Origin: a virus
Taxonomy: Duplodnaviria > Caudoviricetes
Virus record (IMG/VR): IMGVR_UViG_3300011008_000004
Coordinates: 128,001 to 192,000 of that record
Strand: one strand, 5' to 3'
DNA length: 64,000 nucleotides
Positions within the stretch are counted from its first letter, which is position 1. The number at the start of each line of letters is the position of its first letter. Under the pieces are notes generated by a model. The model ran no database searches. It had not been told where the DNA came from and worked only from the letters and a program-made list of their open reading frames with translations. Positions 45,441-55,601 of the stretch are shown here, one piece after another. The translations under genes and the position numbers were made by a program.

Positions 45441-45460
45441 TTAATCACCTCTTTAAATGC

Positions 45461-47278
45461 TCAATTATTTTCATTAGCTATAGGTTCTTCACCTTTAGCT
45501 ATTTCTTCAGACGCAACTGCGATAGTCTCATCTGCTTCTTCTTCGCCATCTTTTATTTGATTAGCATCTGGATTTATTTCTGTTAAGCATTTTTGAAGTT
45601 CACCAACATGAACTAATTCTTCATTCTTAATATCTTCTAAAACAGCTTGTACTGCTTCATATTCATTTAAATTTTTCAAAGTAGCTATCGCTGAATTATA
45701 GCCATCGACTGCTTCAAATTCGTCTTTAATTAAGTCACTAATAATCTGTTCAATACTAATATTTATTAAAGCACCTTCAACATTTTCTTCATCTTTAGTT
45801 TCTGGAATTACTTCTTCACCATCAACTTCAACGTCAAGATCTTCTTTTAATTCTTCATGATATTCGCCATACCAATTATCTTGCCAGCCACCTTTTATAC
45901 ATGAATTATATAATTTATTTAAAACTTCTGTGCTAACATTATCTGCTGTAGGATTCTTTATATTTTCTATAGGCATCTTCGTGCAAACTTTGTCGTAATA
46001 ATCCATACACAAAACTGTTTCACCATCAGTGAAAAAACTTCTTACTTTTTCTTCATTTAATGATTCATTTAAATAGTTATCTAGTAAAACGCTTTCATAG
46101 AAATCTTTCATATCGCTATTATTAAGATCTCTCCAATCATGTTTACCAAAGTGATCTAAAGCTAAATCATTCAATAAATCTTTATTTAAACCACTATTAG
46201 CAATTAAATCTCTATAATTATCTTTATAATTTACTTCTTCGGTTATAACAGTTTCTGTTTCAGATTCTTCTTTAACTTCTTCTGTTATTTCTTTAGATTC
46301 ATTTATAATCGCTCTTTTAGCTTTTAAATCGTTTATTTCTTTTTCAGTATTAGCAATAGCTTCTTCAACTTCTGCTTCAGAATCAAAGTTACCGCCTCTA
46401 TTTATTTCATTAAAAGCATGATTGTTTAAGTAATGTAAATAATGTTGTAAATCTACAATCTCTTCATCTACCTTAGCAATCCAAGCTTCTTTGCCACCAG
46501 CGTCTTTAACTTCTGTATCTAATTCAGACATCACGCTTTCAACTATATTCTTAGATTGTTTAGATTCATTCAAGCTTTCATCTAAATCAATACCAAGTCT
46601 ACCTATTGCGCCAACAATTGCAGCTCTAGCATTATTATATACTTGAGGATCTGAATTTAAATCCCAATCAACATATATTCCATTATAGTTATCTGGATTT
46701 GACATATCAATAAATATATCTTCTATTGTAGGATGTTCTACTTTACCACTTGAAATTAAAGCATCATATGAATCTTTAACATCGTCATCAAAAGAAGATG
46801 ACTCATTTAAGTTTTCATCTAACTTTTCATTTATATATAATTTATTCCAAACTCTTAAGCCATCACCTTTATTAGCTACTTCAGCGTTAATAACTTTTTT
46901 GCAATCTTCAATATAATCACAACATGTTTTTTCGCCATCTAATTCAAAACAATATTCACCAGGTTTATCTTCATCTAAGTTACCTGTTTTATTTACAGCT
47001 ATTTTATAACCTTTATAGACTAACTCTTTAGCATCAATAGGATCACCTACAGCTTCTTTTATGATACACTCAGAAAGTAATTTACCTTCAGTAGCTAATT
47101 CATTAAATTGTCTTATAGCATCTTCATCTGATGCCGCGTAAATCTTTTTAACAAAATTACCATCATTAAGAATAGAATATCCTCTTGGATATAATTTTTT
47201 TAATGTTACAAAGAATTTTCTAGCAATTATATCTTCGCCTTCATTTTCAACTATAGCATTTTTCTTAGTTATTTTCAT
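45461..47278 (-). CDS. Acidic modular putative head-internal protein with a C-terminal ferritin-like ExxH helix pair
   Basis: Repeated ESLNE/IKEA sites; DEFEAVDGY...DIKNEELVHVGEL. Confidence 0.6.
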   Translation of the reverse strand: MKITKKNAIVENEGEDIIARKFFVTLKKLYPRGYSILNDGNFVKKIYAASDEDAIRQFNELATEGKLLSECIIKEAVGDPIDAKELVYKGYKIAVNKTGNLDEDKPGEYCFELDGEKTCCDYIEDCKKVINAEVANKGDGLRVWNKLYINEKLDENLNESSSFDDDVKDSYDALISSGKVEHPTIEDIFIDMSNPDNYNGIYVDWDLNSDPQVYNNARAAIVGAIGRLGIDLDESLNESKQSKNIVESVMSELDTEVKDAGGKEAWIAKVDEEIVDLQHYLHYLNNHAFNEINRGGNFDSEAEVEEAIANTEKEINDLKAKRAIINESKEITEEVKEESETETVITEEVNYKDNYRDLIANSGLNKDLLNDLALDHFGKHDWRDLNNSDMKDFYESVLLDNYLNESLNEEKVRSFFTDGETVLCMDYYDKVCTKMPIENIKNPTADNVSTEVLNKLYNSCIKGGWQDNWYGEYHEELKEDLDVEVDGEEVIPETKDEENVEGALINISIEQIISDLIKDEFEAVDGYNSAIATLKNLNEYEAVQAVLEDIKNEELVHVGELQKCLTEINPDANQIKDGEEEADETIAVASEEIAKGEEPIANENN

Positions 47279-48675
47279 AAATCTTCACCTTCATCTTCAT
47301 CATCTACAGGCTTAGCAGCGCTCATAGTAAAACTTGGAACAACTATGTCTATTGAATAATTATAATAAGGGAATCTAGAATCAACATCACCTTTAATAGG
47401 TTGTGGTAAACGTTTTAATTCATAATCTAAGCCATAATATTTTGCAACTTTATAAGCATATTTTAAACCATCTTTATCAGGAGAGATAACAGTTACAATT
47501 TCATCTCCATTTTTAGGTTTATTAGTTACTTCAGTGTAATCATAACTTATAAAGTTTGAACCATCTTTATCTTTTAAACCTTCTGGACGTTTTCTTGACC
47601 AAGTAGCACCTCTAGATAAGGCATCTAGAACGTCAGCAAGAAGGTCATCATTGATGCCTTCTCTATTAGCTGATTTAGACACTTTCATCAGCCACTTAAA
47701 ATCTTCAAAGTTTGGATCATCTTCCGTCACTTTAACGAAATCTAATCTTATAGCATTTCCAAACTTAGTGTCTAACTATTTTCTTGCGAATTTGCATTCA
47801 TCTTCATCCATTAAATAGAATCCAGATTTAGCATCTCCGTCTACATCACCTAAAAGATCTCTTACAGCTTTTTCAACTTCATCACTTACAGGTTCATTGT
47901 AGTCTTCGTTTAAATTTTCTTTTAAAGATTCCTATGCTTTTTCTACTACAGACCAAGTTGAGTCTTCATTTTGAATAATAACGCCTTGATCTAATAAATA
48001 ATTAACAACTGCAGCATCTGCTTTATCATATACTTCAGCGTTTTCTTGCATTGCTTTATTAAATCTATCTCTTGGATCTGTCATATAAAATACATATTGA
48101 TTCCAATCAGTATTTATATCACCATCTTTTACAGCAACGTCCATCCAAGCTGAAAAATCAACATCTTCATCTTCTAATAAAACTGAGAATAAGCCATAGC
48201 CATTGTCTTCAAATTTGATAGCTTTTGGATTATATTTATCGGCAAGATCTTCAACGTCAAATTCATTCTTAACATCATCTTCAGCTTCAGTTAAAGCTTC
48301 TTCTTTTTTATAATTTTTAAGAACCTTCATAACCTTTTCATAATTAGTTTCTTCTGTTAATTTTTCATCACCTAAGTTTTCACTTAAATGCATTTTCTTT
48401 AAATCAGGAGATTTAACTTTCTTTATTTCAGTTCTATCTTTTTCAGTATTCTTTAATGCGCCACTCTTATTTGCATCATCTACTTGCTTTTTAGCCATCT
48501 TCTTAATTTCTTCAGAATGTTCTTTAGCTTTGGCAATAGCGTCTGCCCCAGCATATGGAATTTGAGCATACATAGATCCAGTGGCTGAACCAACTACATC
48601 AGGAATCTTATCAAAAGGATCTGATCCAAATTTATCTATTTCTTCAACTAGTTTCTTTGTTTTAATTACTTTCAT
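47275..48675 (-). CDS. Acidic modular putative head-internal protein (TAG=Gln)
   Basis: Track ORFs 47932..48675 and 47275..47730 are in frame across TAG 47932; TNYEKVMKVL motif. Confidence 0.65.
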
Positions 48676-48699
48676 CTTTTTACCTCAATTTCGGTATTA

Positions 48700-48999
48700 T
48701 TAATCTTCAGGTGCGATATCATCTAATTTATCTATCTCGTTTTCAAATTCTTCATCTTCATCGAAATATTCATTAGAATCAAACATTGCATCATCTATAT
48801 TTTTACCATAATAATATTTAACAAAATCAGCAATCTTATCATCTGGTAAAAATTCTAATAGACCTCTAAATAAATCTTCAAAATCTGTTTCAATATAATG
48901 CGCTTCAATAGCATTTAAAAATCTAGTTTCATTAGGTCTAGCTAATTCGTAATTAACATCTTCTTTAATTAATTTATCAAAATTAAAATGTTCTTTCAT
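48700..48999 (-). CDS. Small acidic protein
   Basis: Shares an LL..LPD..I..F module with 44535..45440. Confidence 0.55.
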   Translation of the reverse strand: MKEHFNFDKLIKEDVNYELARPNETRFLNAIEAHYIETDFEDLFRGLLEFLPDDKIADFVKYYYGKNIDDAMFDSNEYFDEDEEFENEIDKLDDIAPED

Positions 49000-50078
49000 C
49001 TCTGTAAAGACATCCTTTCTCTTATTAATTCAGCTTGAATGCTAGCTAATCTATCAAATTCATCTCTATCATAATCTTCTTTTTCAAGCATTATATCTAA
49101 TTTAGCGCCTAATTCATCTATTCTGGAGTTCAATTTAGCTATTTTGTCATCTTTTATCACCTTATCTAAAGGATGTTCAAAATCTTCAACCTTTTTAGAC
49201 ACGTTTAATCTAGTAGGAATAACTTTAGTCATGTTACAATTATCACAACATAAACCGTCCTTCACTGGTTGAGCGTTATTGCCATGACCTGTAAATTCTT
49301 TTCCACATATCACGCATGTCTTAGTATCATTAGATTGCGTAATATCTTCATCTAAAGCAGTAGTAGCTTTTAAATTTAAATTGTCTTGATCTGGCGGTAT
49401 GCGTAAAGATATCATTTGAAGATTAAATGAATCCCCTAACTGTTTAGCGAATTCCTTATCTGCATATATATGATTTGTAGAAGATTTATATAATATTATT
49501 TTATTATATAATTTATGACCTTCATTTAAATTGCTACAACTATCTTCAAAACCTTCATCTAATTCATCTCTGTCAAGTCTTATCATTAAAACTTTTGTAG
49601 GTTTAGATACATTTTCTTTATCAGATTGCACAGCGTTGTACTCTTTAGGAATGTCTAAAACATACATATCTTTACCTATTCTATTTTTAATTTCTTTTAA
49701 TAGATCATCCGTTAATGGTTCTTTAAAATTAAAATAATAAGTATAAGGCGCATTAGATGTTTGTGTAACTCTTAAGCCATAGAATTCATCTTCATTTAAT
49801 GATTCATCAAAATCTTCATCGCCATCATGATCAATAACGTTGCCATCCTCATCTGTAAAATTATAGTATTCTATAGCTGTTTTATACTCTTCAACAGTGT
49901 AATCATCATCATACTTAGCACAAGCTCTAGCAACTTCATCTAAATTTGTTAGATCTTTAGGACTATAGTCTCTCTCCCATGCTGTAACATTGTGAATAAC
50001 ATAGCCAAGATGATTTCTATCAGGTATACTATCTAGTATAGATTCATTTATCTTTTTTATATTTTTAATAACTTTCAT
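48996..50078 (-). CDS. Modular putative head-internal protein with CxxC Zn module
   Basis: MKVIK...INES start; ESLNED; CVICGK...CCDNCN. Confidence 0.6.
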   Translation of the reverse strand: MKVIKNIKKINESILDSIPDRNHLGYVIHNVTAWERDYSPKDLTNLDEVARACAKYDDDYTVEEYKTAIEYYNFTDEDGNVIDHDGDEDFDESLNEDEFYGLRVTQTSNAPYTYYFNFKEPLTDDLLKEIKNRIGKDMYVLDIPKEYNAVQSDKENVSKPTKVLMIRLDRDELDEGFEDSCSNLNEGHKLYNKIILYKSSTNHIYADKEFAKQLGDSFNLQMISLRIPPDQDNLNLKATTALDEDITQSNDTKTCVICGKEFTGHGNNAQPVKDGLCCDNCNMTKVIPTRLNVSKKVEDFEHPLDKVIKDDKIAKLNSRIDELGAKLDIMLEKEDYDRDEFDRLASIQAELIRERMSLQR

Positions 50079-50086
50079 AATTAACC

Positions 50087-50458
50087 TCAATGTCTATCTT
50101 TAACATTGCCAATTTTATTATAATGTTTATCATATAAATCGCCCGTTTTAGGATCTACATAAGTTCCGCCACCAGGCATACTTGGATTAGCAACATCATA
50201 AAGTAATTGATCAATGTTATTCATTTTGAAATCTTTTCCAACTTCTTTAGACCAAGCTCTCATTGCTTCTAATGGATCGTCTATTTTCATTTCATCACAA
50301 ATTTTCTACCAATCTGTAACTTTTTCTAAACCATATTGAGCTGAAAGTTCCATTAGTTCTTTAAATTGTTGTCTATTATACCCTTCATCTAAAATATATG
50401 CTTTACGAGACTCAGGTATTGTTAATTTTGATTCATTTACATTTTTTATAACTTTCAT
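50087..50458 (-). CDS. Hypothetical protein (MKVIKNVNES start; TAG=Gln)
   Basis: ATGA overlap with the upstream gene; in frame with track ORF 50087..50290. Confidence 0.6.
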
Positions 50459-51669
50459 AATTCGTCCTCAGATGCTTGTTCATCTAAATCTTTTTTCAAT
50501 AATTTAATAAGTTCATCTACTCTGTTATCAAAATCTTTCAATAAAGCATAATCTCTATCAACATTTTCTCTAACTTCTCTATTAGCTTCTTCAATATCTT
50601 CAGAATCATATTCGCCATCATAATTAGAGTAATAATTAGAGCCAATATATTCATTCACAGCATCATCTAAATCTTCAAAATCAGCGTAATAATTAGGATC
50701 TATAACTTTCTTGTCCAAAATCAAATGACCACCCATTCTGCCGTCTTGATAAATATCATGAGCTAAGTCATTATATTTATTCCAAAATCCTTCAAGATTA
50801 CCATTATCCCAATATTTATAGAAGTTTTCTTCCTGTTTTTCAGTTAAATCTAAATCATCTATCTTACAAGGTCTTGTGAAATAAACGCCATTAGAACCAT
50901 TATATGTAGGATAATTTTTTATATAGTCAAATTTGTCATCTATAGTTAAAGGTTTTTCAATGGATTCAGTTAATTTTTTACCATTATTGCTAATTTTTAA
51001 AGAATCGCCTATATCATCATAATCTGTAGGATCGTAATCATAGTCTATATCAAAATCTAAATCTATGTATCTTTCTTCAAATTTTATATGTTTTATAAGG
51101 TCTTCAATCGTGTCTAAATCATATAAAGGTATTTCTAGCTCTATAGTCTGTCTTTTACCTTCAGCACTAGCTTCTATAGTTATGTTAAATAATTCGTATG
51201 ATTCACCGTCTGCGTCAGTTTCAATTACTCTTTCATAATCTTCTATAGAATAATCTACACTTACGTCTCTTTCTTCCCAGTCATCTGCATCAAATTGTCG
51301 GCCATACACTGTGTAAGTATCTGGAAAATATTGATAAATAGCTTCATCTATAATATCAGCAAGTTCTTTTTCAGATAAATCTTTTAAGTTTTTACTAGTA
51401 TCTATATTCTTTAAGCTTTCACCCATTACAACGCTTTCTCCAGCACTAGCGCCGCCATCTGTACTAGATCCGCCATCATATATAGGACATCCACCATCTG
51501 GACTATACTAACGATTAAACGCTGCTGCGTTTATTTCACAATTACCAGCATTTATTTTTACGCCATCTGAAAATTTCTAAAACCAACCGAGTTGATTCTT
51601 TTTATATTTTTTAAACTTTTTAGCTTTCTCATTCAAGCTTTTGTTTTCAGCATCTATGAAAATTGACAT
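50455..51669 (-). CDS. Acidic modular putative head-internal protein (TAG=Gln)
   Basis: ATG 51669 with a GAGG SD, in frame with the track ORF; SLNEK and LTES sites; GRMGGHL motif. Confidence 0.6.
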
Positions 51670-51739
51670 AACTCATCCTCAAATTTTATATTTATTTTAG
51701 CTTTAATACGACTAATTATAAGAAGTTATTCAATATTTG

Positions 51740-52225
51740 TCATTTCGATAACTCTTTAAATATATTATTTACAACGATATCTTTAAAACGAAAATCATAG
51801 TCTTCAACTACAAAACAATTAAACATTTCACCATATTTTGAAAATAACTTTAATTCTTGACCTATAAATTTATTGTTATTTTCTGAAAAGTCTTTCTCAC
51901 CTTTAAGTTCATAGTTTCTGTGTAAAGTACGTTTATCAGATAGTAATATAACATATACTACATCTTTTGATAAATTTTGTAATATGTCTTTTACATCTTT
52001 TTGATTAAATTTAAAATCTCTTTCATAAATCTCAGAGTACACCAATTCACTTATAGGACCTCTATCCAGTATAATGTTATCTCTATTTAATAAGTCTATA
52101 AAATAGTCTCTAGAGATCTCTGAGTGCTTAGAACAATGAACTACATCTAAATCTAAATATCCTGTGATTGTTTCAATGATTGAGCTTTTTCCTACGTTAT
52201 TTGGTCCATCAATAATGATTTTCAT
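51740..52225 (-). CDS. P-loop (d)NMP kinase, thymidylate-kinase-like
   Basis: IIIDGPNNVGKSS, ILDRG..SELVY. Confidence 0.75.
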   Translation of the reverse strand: MKIIIDGPNNVGKSSIIETITGYLDLDVVHCSKHSEISRDYFIDLLNRDNIILDRGPISELVYSEIYERDFKFNQKDVKDILQNLSKDVVYVILLSDKRTLHRNYELKGEKDFSENNNKFIGQELKLFSKYGEMFNCFVVEDYDFRFKDIVVNNIFKELSK

Positions 52226-52254
52226 ATTTCACCTAACTAATTTATTTTAATTTT

Positions 52255-52283
52255 ATTATAAAATATAAAAGAAAAAGAGTCAA
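52255..52283 (-). promoter_or_regulatory. sigmaA-type promoter overlapping a terminator hairpin
   Basis: TTGACT-N17-TATAAT. Confidence 0.7.
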
Positions 52284-52305
52284 TCAAAACGATTGACTCT
52301 TATGA

Positions 52306-52560
52306 TCAAAACTCTTTTGCATTATAGCCGTATTTCTTTTTAAAATTTCTTAGCCTTTTTAGCTCGATAGATCTCTGTAATTTAAGAGCCTCTTCGTGTT
52401 TTAATCTTTTCTTGACACTTTTAGATACATAATATTCTTTCTTCTTCATATCTAATAGAATGCCTTCTTTTTCGACTTTCTTTTTAAAACGTCTAACTAA
52501 AGAATCTACGCTTTCAGAAGTTCTAGTATCTTTGTCATACCTGGCATACACTGTAGCCAA
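52306..52560 (-). CDS. rpsU: Ribosomal protein bS21 (phage-encoded)
   Basis: ESVDSLVRRFKKKVEKEGILLDMKKKEYYVSKS.KKRLK; TTG start with an AAAGGTGG SD. Confidence 0.85.
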   Translation of the reverse strand: MATVYARYDKDTRTSESVDSLVRRFKKKVEKEGILLDMKKKEYYVSKSVKKRLKHEEALKLQRSIELKRLRNFKKKYGYNAKEF

Positions 52561-52580
52561 AATAAATCACCACCTTTGGT

Positions 52581-52946
52581 TTATAAATTTTTATCGTCTG
52601 CAATAAATTGTAGGATTTCTCGACAATTGCTTAAAGCTTCTTGCTTTGAAATAACTCTTGCATCAGTTATTTCATAAGAGCTATTATTTAAGAATGATTT
52701 AATTGTTTTTGATATTCTTTTACTATCAAAATTTATCTTGTCATATGTACAAGTTACTTTGTCAGGCATCAGTCCTGTGTCAATAGAAGGTCCATAGAGC
52801 ACTATATGTGTCTGTCCTAAATTAGTCATTATAAATAAGTAATAATAAGCACCAACAGCACCCTTAGCCTCTATAACAACATTTCCAATATCTTCTATTT
52901 CTAGATTGCCAACATAGGCTTGTGTTAAATAATATTCGAAATCCAT
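52581..52946 (-). CDS. Hypothetical protein
   Basis: Intact ORF. Confidence 0.55.
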   Translation of the reverse strand: MDFEYYLTQAYVGNLEIEDIGNVVIEAKGAVGAYYYLFIMTNLGQTHIVLYGPSIDTGLMPDKVTCTYDKINFDSKRISKTIKSFLNNSSYEITDARVISKQEALSNCREILQFIADDKNL

Positions 52947-52967
52947 AAAATTATATACAATAATTAT

Positions 52968-53159
52968 TTAAATAATTCTACTCACGCCTGTGTCGCCTCT
53001 ACTTATGATAATATTGTTGAAATCTGTCGTTACATTTCTATTAGCATAGTATCTAGCAACTATAATGTTATTAAAATTATAGTAAACTTTATCGCCATTA
53101 GACTTAGTGTCAACCCAACCTTTAATTATATTATTAAAATTTTTAATAGGTTCTTTCAT
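52968..53159 (-). CDS. Small beta-repeat protein (3x FNNII)
   Basis: GAGG SD; internal repeats. Confidence 0.55.
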   Translation of the reverse strand: MKEPIKNFNNIIKGWVDTKSNGDKVYYNFNNIIVARYYANRNVTTDFNNIIISRGDTGVSRII

Positions 53160-53194
53160 CTAATGTTCCTCAAAAATTTACTCTTATTTATAAT

Positions 53195-54250
53195 TTAGCA
53201 AGATTTATCTTCATACAAGTGTTCTTCATTTAATTCTATCACAAATTTATTGATGGCGTCATAATCAGGTTTACCTGGAAGTTGAGTATGTTCTGCAGCA
53301 TTTTTTAACCAAGCGTTTAAATCATCTATCATTTCAAAAAACTCTTTATCATAAGTACCATCTTCTAACTGATACATGCCATTTCTTAAATCTTTAAGTA
53401 ATTTTAAATCATTTGGTCTAAAAGTATGGATATCCTCATTTTCTAATAAATCTATTCCTGTTAGTAATAAACGAACTGTATGGGAACAGTGCTTCCCGAG
53501 ATGATCATCGTCTTTTCTATTTCTATGATTTATCTTACCATAATTTCTAAGAGTACAAGTAATATCTTCTTGAAAGTTTTTGTAATCTCTTAAAGCAAGA
53601 TGTTTAAAATTTCCATCACAGAAAAGTTCTTTCTCAAGACCTTCATCTAATCCACGTTGAGTAGCTTCATCTATGTAAATCTTAAATTGTTGACCAAGTT
53701 CTCCATATTTGTATTCAATAGAATCAATCATACGATCAATTGAATTTTTCATATGTTCTTCTAACTGCGCTTGAGTCATTGAATCTCTCGCTATTGCGTT
53801 AGTAAGTCTATCAATTTGTGCTGAAGCATATCCGCCAAAAGATTTAACAGCTATTTTAGAGAAAAATAAGTGTCTATTATCTACTAGCTTTTGTCCCAAC
53901 TTACTTCTATATAAGTTATTTCTATCACACGGGTCTAACATCTCAATAACATTAGGATTGCAACCTGCAGCTAATGAAGCAAACTTATTTAAACTATAAA
54001 TTACAGTGTCAGTTTTAGCGTCAATCTTTTGTTCAAATATCTTATTACCAAGAAGTGCTTCTTTAGGAGAAAACATGATACCTCTAACATCAATATCTGA
54101 TAAGAGTTCTCCTGTTTCTTTATCATATCTTTCAGTGCCATAAGATAAAGATCCACCTAATACACAGGTTAACAAATCTGACTTATCTTTTAAAAATTCG
54201 TACTCTTCCGCTGAATTAATGTAGTCTTTCACTTCATTTATATTTTTCAT
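53195..54250 (-). CDS. Pol-beta superfamily nucleotidyltransferase, RlaP/YcgL-like
   Basis: GGSLSYGT...SDIDVRG, CNPNVIEML, SFGGYA and KH.SH.VRL motifs. Confidence 0.85.
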   Translation of the reverse strand: MKNINEVKDYINSAEEYEFLKDKSDLLTCVLGGSLSYGTERYDKETGELLSDIDVRGIMFSPKEALLGNKIFEQKIDAKTDTVIYSLNKFASLAAGCNPNVIEMLDPCDRNNLYRSKLGQKLVDNRHLFFSKIAVKSFGGYASAQIDRLTNAIARDSMTQAQLEEHMKNSIDRMIDSIEYKYGELGQQFKIYIDEATQRGLDEGLEKELFCDGNFKHLALRDYKNFQEDITCTLRNYGKINHRNRKDDDHLGKHCSHTVRLLLTGIDLLENEDIHTFRPNDLKLLKDLRNGMYQLEDGTYDKEFFEMIDDLNAWLKNAAEHTQLPGKPDYDAINKFVIELNEEHLYEDKSC

Positions 54251-54271
54251 AATACTCACCTCTATAATTTT

Positions 54272-54300
54272 ATTTTATCATATATAATAAAAATAGTCAA
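54272..54300 (-). promoter_or_regulatory. sigmaA-type promoter overlapping a terminator hairpin
   Basis: TTGACT-N17-TAAAAT with TG extension. Confidence 0.65.
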
Positions 54301-54320
54301 CTGTTAGTTGACTATTCAAA

Positions 54321-54581
54321 TTAACTTAGTATTACACCATAAGTTTTCTTAGCATAAGCTTCAATTCTAGTAATTAGATCTTGAATATAGATCATCTGTG
54401 AATCATATCTATGCCAATCTATTGTACATTGGTCTACTACATCTTTATTAATTTCATGTCTATGCGTATTTATATAATTTTCTACTTCATCTCTTTTATC
54501 ATGAACCACATGAAAATCACCCACTAATGTTCGTTTAAGATTAATAAATTCATCTAATAATTGCGTTTCAATACTCTTCAT
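54321..54581 (-). CDS. Hypothetical protein
   Basis: GAGG SD before ATG 54581. Confidence 0.55.
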   Translation of the reverse strand: MKSIETQLLDEFINLKRTLVGDFHVVHDKRDEVENYINTHRHEINKDVVDQCTIDWHRYDSQMIYIQDLITRIEAYAKKTYGVILS

Positions 54582-54589
54582 AGTATGCC

Positions 54590-55525
54590 TCAATTCTTTT
54601 CAAATAATAATTTAGGTCTATAACCTATTCTTTCTACACAATAGCACGAAGCCGCTGCATTATCTACGTAATTCGGGGAATTATTTTTTAATCTACCTTT
54701 AGTAAATCCTTCAGGACATTCAAATGTCATAATTTCACATTCACCATTATTGTACCAATGGGAACCTTTAGATTGACCGTGCTTCCCCTTATTAGATTCA
54801 CTTTTACGTTTTTTATCTTCCTCTGTTAAAGGCAAATTTCCTCTAATAAATCCTTCTGGGATATCATCTGTATCTTTTAAATATAATCTATCTTTGCCAT
54901 TATTATACCAATGTCTACCAAATGCTGGATTATTTTTTCCATTTACGTTTGGATGGTTTAATGACATATTTATACAAGCTTCTTTACTCATCAATTTACC
55001 TTTGTGGCTTTCTGAAATTTTAAATTTAGTTTCTTCAGTTCTTTTAGTACCAATCATTCTATTATAGGAACTTTCTGAAATACGTCGTCTGCCTTCTTCT
55101 GAGATAGCATGCCCTTGCATATGCATTGCCGTAGCTTTATTACACGTTATACGAATCTCATCATAATCAGCGAATTTTATCTTAAAATCTTCGATGGTTT
55201 CAGGAAAATTTTTATCTCCAAACAAAACATGACAAGCATAAGCATTAGCTCTTTTATACATTTCTGAAGTACAGTGATATAAATAATAATGAGCTAAACA
55301 ATGATTATAATGAGATAAATAAACCGTGTTTTCTTTACTATTATCTATAGACAAATTGTTAGTTCGAAAATAAAATCTAGGTATTATATGATGTTTCTAA
55401 TTTTCATATTTAATTTTGACATTGTTAATATTTTCAAGTATTAATTGAATATATAAATCTAAATATTCATTTTCTTCACATAATAAAGTATCAATTAATT
55501 TTTTCTTTAAATCTAAATAACTCAT
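54590..55525 (-). mobile_element. HNH homing endonuclease with NUMOD3-type and WYNNG repeats (1 TAG)
   Basis: ATG 55525; KHHIIPR...N.V.L...H..AH; TK.KISESHKG; WYNNG twice; C-terminus copies the phosphoesterase tail. Confidence 0.8.
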
Positions 55526-55601
55526 AAATATGTCCTTTTAAATTTATTATATATAATTTAGCATTACATATTTATGAATATGTCCATAATAATTAAACTT
55601 T

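Noticed and set aside
45461-50458. TGA recoding (code 4/25)
   Set aside because: TGA terminates genes normally, often in ATGA overlaps (47275, 48996, 50455).
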